This document shows, one piece after another, positions 30,153 to 39,182 of a stretch of 64,000 nucleotides of DNA. The stretch covers positions 4,051 through 68,050 of the forward strand of contig LBYO01000004.1 in the NCBI GenBank assembly GCA_000996205.1. The letters run 5' to 3'. Below the pieces are notes generated by a model. The model did not search any database. It was not told where the DNA came from and saw only the letters and a program-made list of their open reading frames with translations. The stretch's first letter is position 1. Each line of letters opens with the position of its first letter. A program made the translations under genes and the position numbers. The stretch comes from Parcubacteria group bacterium GW2011_GWA1_40_21 (GTDB taxonomy: Bacteria > Patescibacteriota > Minisyncoccia > Phycocordibacterales > GWA1-40-21).

Positions 30153-31156
30153 TTTAAAAAATATAGAATTTCTTCTTTATCGGCCGTATTCCTTAATGAT
30201 CGATTCATACTCCGAGATAATGGCGACTGGTAAGTTTTTTTGAAGGCTGAGAGTAAAAATTTTAACTGATGTATTCGCAAATCAAATTTATCATCCGGAA
30301 ATTGAGCAAGGTACTTTGCCCCAATTTTTATCATTTTTATCATTTCTTCGTCTCTCGGTTTTTCATCTCTCTCAAAAGATGTCTCATTGTTTTGTTCTTC
30401 TTCCGCAATATCGTGATAATACAAAGCGGGCGCATAAATAAGATTCCACAATTCTGCTACTGTGAAATTGAAATTGGTTTCTGAATGCTACTGTGAAATT
30501 GAAATTGGTTTCTGAAGCGTTTATCATTTCCAGGACTGTTTTATTGGTCATCCAATATGTCTCTGCTTGAATTGAAGCGATTTCTTTTCCAACACGACTG
30601 TCAACTGACTGAATCCCTAAATCTTGATATTCCTTTTTAAGCAACTTCTTTGTTCCCGAGAAGATGAACGCTGAACCAGTCCACCGTATATCATACGCTG
30701 AAGGCCTTTTAGCACACCCTCTGGGTGCGGAACTTTTTCCGCAAGCAATAAGCCAACCTGACCAATAGAACCCATACCGGTCAAAACTTCATTAATATCA
30801 TTTCTGTTTTTAAAAATATCTTCAAATGGCACCCCAATCTTTGGATTGTCAAAAAAATCGTCTATCCAATGCGCGCCGTAAACAAGATACGATTTGGCGA
30901 TAATTTCGCGCGGGTTGTCTTTTGAGGTGATTCCCACAATAAATGCCTGCACTTCTATATCTGAATAAACATGGACATCGCTAGTCTCTATGCCAAGTTT
31001 ATTTAAATCAAGCATTTTGAGATCGCTGATAAAATTATTTTCTCCTTCTCTCACGAAATGCAAAATATTTTCCCAGTTTGGTACTTCGTCATATAGCGCT
31101 TCCAGTTTTGGAGCTAATTTTTTTTCAAAATTATTATTTTCCATCATTTCTGGCAT
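30143..31156 (-). pseudogene. disrupted HD-domain protein gene (three overlapping ORF fragments)
   Basis: ORFs 30617..31156, 30384..30644 and 30143..30451 overlap in different frames. The fragments contain 'HFVREG…' and 'ALYYHDIAEEE' (HD-motif-like). A perfect 31-bp tandem duplication at 30455-30516 shifts the frame. Confidence 0.5.
30455..30516. repeat. perfect tandem duplication, 2 x 31 bp (tgctactgtgaaattgaaattggtttctgaa)
   Basis: Two identical adjacent 31-mers. 31 is not a multiple of 3, so the second copy frameshifts the enclosing ORF. Confidence 0.9.
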
Positions 31157-31188
31157 AGAAATTTGTTTTTGATAAATTAAATAAAATT

Positions 31189-34100
31189 TTACGCTTCTAT
31201 CTTGGCTTTTATCACAAAGCCGTCGGTGGAGATTTCCTGTCCGTCTTCCACAACGGCGTTGAATTCCAGTTTTTCTATGCCTGCTGATTTTTTGATTTCC
31301 TCGGCGAATTTTTCCATAAATTCTCTGGCATGGATTTCAGCTTGAACATACAAAATTATTTTCTGGCTGGTATTAAGACCGGCTTTCTTTCTCAAATCTT
31401 GAAGACCGCGAATCAAATCTCTCAAACTACCCTCTTCTTTGAGCTCGGGCGATATTTCCGTATCCAACTCAACCTCGCCTAAAATTTTCTCATCAAAAAT
31501 AATCTCTTTGACATTCAGCTCATCTTTGATCAAATCCAACATTTCTTTCTCCACTTTATGGACTTTATAACTTTTGACTTTTAACTTTTTTAACGCCTGT
31601 CTCACTTTTATATTCGCCTTTGCTCTAGCCTCCAACCCCAAAGAAACAATTCTCCTAACCTCCTCCATATCCTCAATTAAACTTTCGACTTTCGACTTTC
31701 GACTTTCGACTACTTTTACCCATTCTTCCAAATGAACGCTCTCTTTATCCTTTCCTTTGCCGTTCAATTTTTGGTACAAATATTCCGCCAAAAAAGGAGT
31801 GAATGGCGCCATAATTTTTGACAGTTCGGTCAAAACATACTTCATCGTGGCAAGCGCGAATTGTTTGTCTTTATAGTCATCTCCCTTTACCCTTTCTCTT
31901 GATCTGCGGACATACCAAGTGGAAAATTCATTGATAAAATCTTTGATCGGGCGGCCAGATTTGACGGTATTGTAATTTTCAAGCCCCTCCGTCACTTCAT
32001 TTATAAGAATATTGAGCTTGGCGAGAATCCATCCATCAAGAACATTTTCACTGTCTTCGCATTTCGTCTTGCCGTCATACTCGCCTTGATAAAGTTCAAA
32101 AAAATTGAATGTGTTAAGAAGAATATTTATCACTTTATTGTGAGCGTCCTTGATTTCCTCATCCGCAAATTTTATGTCTTCCGCCTGCATTATCGGACTG
32201 GTCATAAGATAATAACGCAAAGCATCCGCTCCGTACTTGTCCATATTCAGCATCGGGTCGGTGTAATTGCCTTTGGACTTGGACATTTTGCTCCCGTCTT
32301 CGGCTAAAATTGTTCCGGTGGTAATGACATTTTTGAAACTTGCATCGTCAAATAAGATGCCCGAAATGGTGTGCATATAGTAAAACCATGTTCTTGTTTG
32401 AGCCACATATTCGGTCACAAAATCACCCGACGGAAAACGGCTGCCGAGTTCTTTTTCATTTTCAAACGGATAATGATATTCGGCAAACGGCATCGCACCA
32501 GATTCAAACCATCCGTCAATAACTTCCGGCACTCTTTTCGTTTCGCCGAGACAGTCTTCACCACTGCAAACCAGATCAACTTCATCTATATAAGGCCTGT
32601 GCAAATCAAGCTCGTAATTTTCATTGTGCGGAAGCGGAACGAAGTCCAGTTTTCTTATCTCCGCGTTTTCAATAAAAAATTCTCCGTTTCCCCGCATAAG
32701 AAGCGCCTCTTTCGCATTCATCCCGAATGATCCGGCGAACAAAAGCCATGCAGGAGAGTCGTGAGTAACAATCAAAATATTTTTATTGTTGTGCCGTTTT
32801 TCAATGTCGTAAATAAAATCGGCGGTTCTTTTTTTAATATCGGAGTAATTTTCCCCCTGCGGAGTATTTTTTATAAATCGTTCTTCAAACGAAGTAAAAT
32901 AGTCGGTGTATGCCGATATAGATTTTCCATCAAATGTTCCCGCGTTCAATTCTCCGACTCTATTTTCAAGAATAATGTCAGATGGCTCAATTTGGAGCTT
33001 CCGTGCGATAATTTCCGCAGTTTCTTTTGTCCTCACAAAAGGCGAGCTGAAGATGATGTCAATTTTTTCAACTATCAAATCGTCCCCCGCTTTCGCCGCC
33101 TGCTCTCTGCCTTTCTCCGTCAAATGACTTGAATTTTTAGAATCGGAACTTATGAAAGCTTTTACATTGTTATCCGCTTCTCCGTGTCGAACCACAAAAT
33201 ATTTATTGCCGGATTTTTTTGTTTTTTTCTTTAATTCATCCACAGAACCGACAAGTTCAATTTTTCCGCATTTCTCGCATTTCCAAATCGGCAGAGGTGA
33301 GGCCCAATAGCGATTGCGGGAAATATTCCAATCCGGAGCGCTTTCTATATTATTCAGAAATCTGCCGTGTTTTAGGTGGTCTGGAAACCAATTTATTTTT
33401 TCATTAAGCTCCTTCAGGCGATTTTTCACTTTTTGGATGTTGATAAACCACGAAGAAAGCGCGCTGTAATAAAGCGGCGTTTCGCAACGATGGCAATGCG
33501 GATAGGAGTGAGTATGCGCCTGTTTGGCGAAAATCAATCCTCTTTTTTCCAAATCTTCTTTGATGTATTTCTCTCCTTTCTTCAAATAAAAACCTTGGAT
33601 AAATTCCGGCGCTTCTTTGTTGAAATGACCGCTTTGGTCTAAAAGCGGAATTGTCGGCAAATCGTATTTTATGCCGATATTATAATCGTCTTCCCCATGC
33701 ATCGGAGCGATGTGGACGATGCCGGTTCCGTCTTCCGTGGTCACGAAATCAGCCGAAACGACATAATGCGATTTTTTATTGAAATTTTTTACCGCCGGAA
33801 TTTCATAAAGTGGTTCGTATTCAAGTCCGACAAGTTTTTCACCGGAAAATTCACTTATTATTTCATAAGGTTCCGACAAAATACCGAGTCTTTCTTTCGC
33901 CAATATTAGATTTTCTCTGTCTTCAGTTTTTTCCGCCTGAGGCGGATCCGCCTCAGGCGGAAGATTTAATCCGTCAGCTGACGGATTAGATTTTAGATTA
34001 AGCTTGCAATAAATCAGCTCCTGATTTATTGCAAGCGCAACATTGCCCGACAATGTCCACGGCGTAGTCGTCCAAGCCAAAAGATAAGTATTTTCCGGCA

Positions 34101-34773
34101 AGTTGTGTTTTTTCGGATTTTTAACTTTAAACTTCACTATCACCGCTTCTTCCGTCACCGTTTTATAACTGTTATCCATCGCCACTTCCGCTTTGGCCAA
34201 AGGAGTCTCGCATCTCGGGCAATACATCAAAACCTTCCGACCTTCATAGAGCAAATCTTTTTTGTGGATTTCTTTTAACGCCCACCAAACGCTTTCAATG
34301 TAAGAATTGTCCATCGTCATATAGGAATTATCAAATTCCACCCAGCGGCCGATTCTCTCCACATAATTTTTCCAGTCGTGGGCAGTTTCTAAAACAGCGG
34401 AACGGCAAGTCTCGTTGAACTTTCCAACCCCCATCGCTTCAATTTCTTTTTTGCTCTTGAGCCCGAGCCTTTTTTCAATCATATTTTCAATCGGCAAGCC
34501 GTGGCAATCCCAGCCCCACCTTCGGCGAACATGATACCCCCGCATTGTCTTATAGCGAGGAATCACATCCTTAGCAACGGAAGAAAGCAAACTGCCGTAA
34601 TGAGGCAGACCTGTCGCAAAAGGCGGTCCATCATAAAAGACAAACTCGCCTTTCGGTGAATCCTTTGCCAAAGTTTTTTCAAAAATTTTATTTTCTTTCC
34701 AAAAACGGAGAGTTTCTTCCTCCCTTTTAGCCGTTTCGCTTTTGTTGTCTTTTTCCTTGTCGTTATTGGTCAT
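31189..34773 (-). CDS. ileS: isoleucyl-tRNA synthetase with an embedded histidine-phosphatase (PGAM-like) domain
   Basis: Carries 'PPFATGLPHYGSLL' (HIGH), 'WTTTPWTLSGN' (editing CP1), 'KMSKSKGN' and a zinc knuckle 'IWKCEKCGK'. Residues ~516-722 are 'YFVVRHGEADNN…FSSPFVRTKETAEII…ENRVGELNAGTFDG…ILIVTHDSPAWLL', a complete histidine-phosphatase core placed before 'LDLHRPYIDE'. Confidence 0.9.
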   Translation of the reverse strand: MTNNDKEKDNKSETAKREEETLRFWKENKIFEKTLAKDSPKGEFVFYDGPPFATGLPHYGSLLSSVAKDVIPRYKTMRGYHVRRRWGWDCHGLPIENMIEKRLGLKSKKEIEAMGVGKFNETCRSAVLETAHDWKNYVERIGRWVEFDNSYMTMDNSYIESVWWALKEIHKKDLLYEGRKVLMYCPRCETPLAKAEVAMDNSYKTVTEEAVIVKFKVKNPKKHNLPENTYLLAWTTTPWTLSGNVALAINQELIYCKLNLKSNPSADGLNLPPEADPPQAEKTEDRENLILAKERLGILSEPYEIISEFSGEKLVGLEYEPLYEIPAVKNFNKKSHYVVSADFVTTEDGTGIVHIAPMHGEDDYNIGIKYDLPTIPLLDQSGHFNKEAPEFIQGFYLKKGEKYIKEDLEKRGLIFAKQAHTHSYPHCHRCETPLYYSALSSWFINIQKVKNRLKELNEKINWFPDHLKHGRFLNNIESAPDWNISRNRYWASPLPIWKCEKCGKIELVGSVDELKKKTKKSGNKYFVVRHGEADNNVKAFISSDSKNSSHLTEKGREQAAKAGDDLIVEKIDIIFSSPFVRTKETAEIIARKLQIEPSDIILENRVGELNAGTFDGKSISAYTDYFTSFEERFIKNTPQGENYSDIKKRTADFIYDIEKRHNNKNILIVTHDSPAWLLFAGSFGMNAKEALLMRGNGEFFIENAEIRKLDFVPLPHNENYELDLHRPYIDEVDLVCSGEDCLGETKRVPEVIDGWFESGAMPFAEYHYPFENEKELGSRFPSGDFVTEYVAQTRTWFYYMHTISGILFDDASFKNVITTGTILAEDGSKMSKSKGNYTDPMLNMDKYGADALRYYLMTSPIMQAEDIKFADEEIKDAHNKVINILLNTFNFFELYQGEYDGKTKCEDSENVLDGWILAKLNILINEVTEGLENYNTVKSGRPIKDFINEFSTWYVRRSRERVKGDDYKDKQFALATMKYVLTELSKIMAPFTPFLAEYLYQKLNGKGKDKESVHLEEWVKVVESRKSKVESLIEDMEEVRRIVSLGLEARAKANIKVRQALKKLKVKSYKVHKVEKEMLDLIKDELNVKEIIFDEKILGEVELDTEISPELKEEGSLRDLIRGLQDLRKKAGLNTSQKIILYVQAEIHAREFMEKFAEEIKKSAGIEKLEFNAVVEDGQEISTDGFVIKAKIEA
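33933..34036. repeat. three consecutive perfect palindromes inside ileS coding sequence
   Basis: ccgcctgaggcggatccgcctcaggcgg (33933-33960), aatccgtcagctgacggatt (33968-33987) and gcttgcaataaatcagctcctgatttattgcaagc (34002-34036). Together they encode …INQELIYCKLNLKSNPSADGLNLPPEADPPQAEKTEDR…. Confidence 0.7.
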
Positions 34774-34829
34774 ATTTATTCAGAGAATACCACAGTTTAT
34801 CATTTTTCCATCGCTTTTCAAAAAAATTT

Positions 34830-34860
34830 CCCCACTTGGAAACTTAGTTTCCAAGTGGGG
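34830..34860. terminator. 31-bp perfect palindrome ccccacttggaaacttagtttccaagtgggg + A/T runs
   Basis: Identical to the element at 6283-6311. Followed by a second hairpin (aacgcattggt…accaatgcgtt) at 34869-34917, upstream of ileS. Confidence 0.5.
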
Positions 34861-34940
34861 AAAAGAAAAACGCATTGGTCTCTTCAGGATATTTAATCCT
34901 AAAAAAACCAATGCGTTGATTTGTCCGTAAAAAATACTGC

Positions 34941-35315
34941 TCACAAGATCACCATCGGATGACCCCTTAATGCAGATTCGATGCCGGACGGAGAACTGTT
35001 CGCCGCTTCATTATTCGCTACTTCAGTGACTATTCTATCAATAATCTCTAGAGGGGTTTCTTTCGGCGCGCTGATCGGCTCCTCTGTAAGCTCCTCCACT
35101 TTTACCCTAAGCCCTAAGTTTCGCGCTAACCGATTAAGCGCGTTTGGATTAAATATTTCAGGAATTTCACTTTGAGAAATTTTCTTCTCAAGACAAAACC
35201 CTCTAACAAAATTCTCGATTCCCACAATCAACTGCAAAGACAGTCCATCTATCTTATCTCCAGAAAAAGGCATGTTTTCCACTCCAATAAATTTTTGAAT
35301 CAAAGGCGGCCACAA
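34941..35315 (-). CDS. hypothetical protein
   Basis: 124-aa ORF with no recognised motifs. An alternative start MPFSGD is possible. Confidence 0.35.
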   Translation of the reverse strand: MWPPLIQKFIGVENMPFSGDKIDGLSLQLIVGIENFVRGFCLEKKISQSEIPEIFNPNALNRLARNLGLRVKVEELTEEPISAPKETPLEIIDRIVTEVANNEAANSSPSGIESALRGHPMVIL

Positions 35316-35489
35316 GCCGTCTTATGTTATGAACTAAATTTTTCTTCTGAAAGGATACCTTGCCCAAACAAAAAGTCAACGATTAAGAAGGCGGGTAGCT
35401 TGTAGCTGTTTAACTTTTTAGGAAGAAAGTCTGGCGCTCCTATTCTTATTCTTACCTAAAAAGCTACAAGCTAATAAGCTTCCCCAAAA

Positions 35490-37256
35490 CTACATCCTCT
35501 CCGGAACTTGAATTCCCAGAAGATTGAGGCCGTTTTTCATTGTCGCGGCGAAAGAGGCGGTGAGAGCAACCTTGTAAGGAGAAATTTCGTCGTTAGTATC
35601 CACTATCTTGTGTTTGGCGTAAAAACTGTTGAATGATCCGGCAAGTTCAATCAAGTAAGAAGCGATATAGTGAGGAGAATATTCCTTCCCCGCCCTCTCC
35701 ACGATTTCAGGAAAGCGATAAAGCAATCTTTCCAATTCTGATGTTTCGGTGACGACTTTTTTTGCGGAAGCCTTTATCCCCTCTCCTTTGGCTTTCTCCA
35801 AAACAGATTTCGCTCTCGCGTAAGAATATTGAAGATACGGTCCGGAATCTCCCTCAAAAGAAATTGATTTGTCAAAATCATATACTATGTCGCTTCCAGT
35901 CGTATGTTTTAGTATTGAATATTTTATCGCTCCGATTGACACTTTTTCAATAATTTCTTTTTCCATCTCTTCGTTGTAATTTCTGTCTTTGATTTTTTCC
36001 TCCACGAGTTTTTGAGTATCTGTCATAAGCGACTCCGCCGTGATAACATCGCCCGTCCTTGATGACATTTTACCGCTTGGAAGCCGAAGCATTCCGTGAG
36101 AAATATGCTTTGTTTTTTCCGCCAAGTCCGGAAAAACAATTTCCATCGCCTTCAGCAAAACCTTAAAATAGTCATTTATCTCATTACCTGTCACGACTAT
36201 TGAAACATCGTATTGATAATGTTCATCGTATTTTATTTTCGCCAGTCCGAGCTCTTTGGCTTCGTAAGTCGGCAACCCTTCCGAATTTATGAAAACCCTC
36301 GTGTGCAATCCGTATTTCTCTCCTTTAAACACGATAGCGCCGTCACTTTTCTCAAAAACGCCATTCTTCAAATTTTCCTCCACTATCTTCTTGCCAAAAT
36401 CCCCTGTCTCTCTTTCAAAGAAAATGAAATCAAATTCCGTGCCCAGCTTTTTGTAAATTTCTCCAAAATGCTTAAGGGATACATCCTTACCCCAATCATA
36501 CAGTTTATTTATCTCATCATCGTTTCTATCATAAATTTTTTTGTTTATCACCTCAAGCTCTCCGCTCTCAATTGCTTTGTTTATTTCATCAACCCTTCTT
36601 TTAAAATCATCAATTCCGCTAAGTGATGAGAACGAACTCGAACCTAAAGAGTAAGACATCGCCAAAAATTTAACCTTGTTTGTCAACATAGCTTTATCAT
36701 CTGGCATTAAATCTCTTAGAGTTTTCATACCCAGGACAGCTTTTGCCACATGAAGCCCTACATCGCCTTGATAGCACGCCCTTTTCACTTCCGCGCCGTG
36801 AAATCCAATGATTCTGGACAGAGATTCTCCGATGGTGTTGCTCATCAAATGTCCGATGTGAAATTCCTTGAAAGGATTCGGGTCTGTGTATTCAATCATT
36901 ACTTTCCGCCCTTTAAGCGATTCGTTCGCGCCAAAACTATCGCCTTCCGTAATCGCCTCGCCTACACTTTCCGCGAAAAATTCCTTTGATAGAAAAAAGT
37001 TAATAAAGCCGGCGCCGGCGACTTCCGCTTTTTCAATTTCTTTTATTTCGCGCTTCCTTATTTCCTCCGCTATCTTTTCCGCCAAATCTATCGGTTTCGT
37101 TTTTAATTCTTTGGCGTAAGCCAAAGCCGCATTGGAAGAATAATCGCCGAAGTTTAAATCAGTCGGGTGTTCCAAATGAATATCATCCGCCGTGATGGAT
37201 GGCATCTTTAGAGCTTCCTGTATTGTATTTTTAAGTTTTTCTTGAATCATAATCAT
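35490..37256 (-). CDS. argS: arginyl-tRNA synthetase
   Basis: 'FHIGHLMSNTIG' (HIGH), the N-terminal Add-1-like domain, the C-terminal DALR anticodon-binding domain 'SPHYIASYLIELAGSFNSFY' and the end '…LGIQVPERM'. Confidence 0.9.
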   Translation of the reverse strand: MIMIQEKLKNTIQEALKMPSITADDIHLEHPTDLNFGDYSSNAALAYAKELKTKPIDLAEKIAEEIRKREIKEIEKAEVAGAGFINFFLSKEFFAESVGEAITEGDSFGANESLKGRKVMIEYTDPNPFKEFHIGHLMSNTIGESLSRIIGFHGAEVKRACYQGDVGLHVAKAVLGMKTLRDLMPDDKAMLTNKVKFLAMSYSLGSSSFSSLSGIDDFKRRVDEINKAIESGELEVINKKIYDRNDDEINKLYDWGKDVSLKHFGEIYKKLGTEFDFIFFERETGDFGKKIVEENLKNGVFEKSDGAIVFKGEKYGLHTRVFINSEGLPTYEAKELGLAKIKYDEHYQYDVSIVVTGNEINDYFKVLLKAMEIVFPDLAEKTKHISHGMLRLPSGKMSSRTGDVITAESLMTDTQKLVEEKIKDRNYNEEMEKEIIEKVSIGAIKYSILKHTTGSDIVYDFDKSISFEGDSGPYLQYSYARAKSVLEKAKGEGIKASAKKVVTETSELERLLYRFPEIVERAGKEYSPHYIASYLIELAGSFNSFYAKHKIVDTNDEISPYKVALTASFAATMKNGLNLLGIQVPERM

Positions 37257-37445
37257 AGAAACATTTTAGCATCTGAACTTTGAATTACGAAATTTCTCCA
37301 ACTTGGACGTTTCGTTTCCAAATTTAAATCCTGCGCTATTTCGGCGATAGCAGAATTAAGATACACATTTTATGTTATGCGCTTTTTATATTTTGGCGGG
37401 TTTTAGCCTATTTAGTTTAGAGTTTAGAATGATGCGTATAAAAAA

Positions 37446-38126
37446 CTAGGACTTAACAATTCGCATTATTTTATCGTGAATTTCTTCAACAGACAGAAGT
37501 CTGCCGTCTTCCACGCAATTTATGAGTTTCCAGTCGTTCCTCTCTTTTGAGATTTTCGTGTAGACATCTATGACTTTCTGCTGATATTCCATATCTTTTT
37601 CGTGTCCGTCTTTAGCGCCCTTTGCGCTTTCGCCTCCGATGTAGGCGCGAGCTTCCTTTTTCTCCACGAGATGGGATGATATTTCAACGGGCACATAAAG
37701 ATAAATCACCAAAGTCGGTTTGGGAAGCTTCAGCTCGCCGTATTCCATCTGTTCAAGCCATGAAATAAACTCATCTCTTTTGTCTTCAGGAAGTTTTGAC
37801 GCTTGATGCCCGATATTGCTCGGAATGTATCTGTTGCAGATGACAACGCCTTTCTCAAGAGCTTTGTTGAGCTCATCTCTGGCGGCGATCCGATCAAGCG
37901 CGTAAGGAAGCGAAGCGATGTAAGGCGAAAGTAATAATGGGTCGCCGAACTCTCCTTTCAGATAGCGTCCCACTAGCTTGCCCGCCAAAGTTTTTTCATA
38001 TTGAGGAAAATCAAAAAAAGCGACTTTGGTTTCCTTGCTCAATCTGTCCACCAAAAGTTTCGCCTGCGTCCCCTTGCCCGCCCCGTCCCCACCTTCAATA
38101 ACGATAAATTTATGTTTTAATCCCAT
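37446..38126 (-). CDS. tmk: thymidylate kinase
   Basis: 'KFIVIEGGDGAGKGTQ' P-loop and the DRY-like region 'LDRIAARDE'. Length 226 aa. Confidence 0.85.
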   Translation of the reverse strand: MGLKHKFIVIEGGDGAGKGTQAKLLVDRLSKETKVAFFDFPQYEKTLAGKLVGRYLKGEFGDPLLLSPYIASLPYALDRIAARDELNKALEKGVVICNRYIPSNIGHQASKLPEDKRDEFISWLEQMEYGELKLPKPTLVIYLYVPVEISSHLVEKKEARAYIGGESAKGAKDGHEKDMEYQQKVIDVYTKISKERNDWKLINCVEDGRLLSVEEIHDKIMRIVKS

Positions 38127-38183
38127 TTAATTACATTATCGTCCATTTAAGACCAGAAGGCAACCACCATTTTCCCATCCTCT

Positions 38184-38243
38184 GATTCCGTGGGTATCTG
38201 ATATCCACAGACCGTCTGTGGATATCAGATACCCACGGAATCT
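38184..38243. promoter_or_regulatory. 60-bp perfect palindrome in the divergent tmk / dCMP-deaminase intergenic region
   Basis: gattccgtgggtatctgatatccacagacg | cgtctgtggatatcagatacccacggaatc. Each arm itself contains the family-F core gtgggtatctgata. Confidence 0.6.
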
Positions 38244-38313
38244 AAGAAGAAGAGTGGGTGAAAAAAATTTCTTCTATATTTGGCTGTTTTTAATAATCGG
38301 TTATAATATCTAA

Positions 38314-38838
38314 ATGGCATTATCGGACAAAAAAACAAAGGGCGCTAAATTCGCTAAAGTTCACAAACGCCCGAATTGGGATGAATATTTTATTGAGATG
38401 ACTGAATTTGTCGGCCGGCGCGGGACATGCGATCGAGGGCAGGCGGGAGCGATTATTGTCAAAGATAAGAGGATTCTTGCAACCGGATATGTCGGTTCGC
38501 CTATGGGACTTCCTCATTGCGACGAAGCCGGCCACGAGATGCACACGGTTATACAAGAAAATGGAATTCAGTCGCGCCATTGCATCCGCACCGCCCACGC
38601 TGAATTAAACGCCGTTGCTAACGCCGCTCGCTTCGGTGTCACTATTGATGGAGCGACTTTATATTGCAAAATGTTTCCTTGTTATGTATGCGCTAAAACA
38701 ATTATAAATTCCGGCATCAAACGAGTGGTGTGCATGAAAGATTATCATGCCAGCAAGCGATCAAAAGAAATTTTTAAAGAAGCTGGCGTTGAGTTTGAAA
38801 TTCTAAACAAAGGTACGGAGGCTTACTCCGATATGTAA
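38314..38838 (+). CDS. dCMP deaminase (ComEB-like)
   Basis: 'HAELNAV' plus 'PCYVCAKTIINSGI' form the CDA zinc-binding motifs. Length 174 aa. Confidence 0.85.
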   Translation: MALSDKKTKGAKFAKVHKRPNWDEYFIEMTEFVGRRGTCDRGQAGAIIVKDKRILATGYVGSPMGLPHCDEAGHEMHTVIQENGIQSRHCIRTAHAELNAVANAARFGVTIDGATLYCKMFPCYVCAKTIINSGIKRVVCMKDYHASKRSKEIFKEAGVEFEILNKGTEAYSDM

Positions 38839-38840
38839 TT

Positions 38841-39170
38841 ATGATAAACATTAAAGAATTGCAAAAAGAGGTTATGCGCAATAAGATTGAAAAAGGTTTC
38901 AATACTACCGATGTGGCGCTTGAATTTTGCCGCGCTCACGAAGAGCTCTCGGAAGCATTTTCAAAATTCAACAGAAATCATCCGGGTGTTGCCGAAGAAT
39001 TCGCCGATGTGGCTGTTTTTCTGCTTGGCATGTCGGAAATTCTGGGTTTTGATCTAGAGAAAGAGCTTATCAGAAAAATAGAGATAAATAAAAATCGGAA
39101 ATATAAAAAAGAAAAATCTCCAGACGGGAAAGACGTTTTTATTCGCGTTAGGACGGAAGAAGATCCTTAA
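38841..39170 (+). CDS. MazG-like nucleotide pyrophosphohydrolase (all-alpha NTP-PPase)
   Basis: 'EELSEAFSKF…AEEFADVAVFLLGMSEILG' matches the EExxE/DxxxD MazG motif pattern. Confidence 0.65.
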   Translation: MINIKELQKEVMRNKIEKGFNTTDVALEFCRAHEELSEAFSKFNRNHPGVAEEFADVAVFLLGMSEILGFDLEKELIRKIEINKNRKYKKEKSPDGKDVFIRVRTEEDP

Positions 39171-39182
39171 AAAAGAATCTTC

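Noticed and set aside
34774-34940. T-box riboswitch upstream of ileS
   Set aside because: I looked for the conserved T-box sequence (…ggtggtaccgcg) and a specifier loop. Only palindromic terminator-like hairpins are present.
37270-37330. Fourth copy of the MITE-like element near argS/tmk (gaattacgaaat…cgtttcg)
   Set aside because: Only a 12-nt match to the terminal repeat. The internal sequence and opposite terminus are missing.
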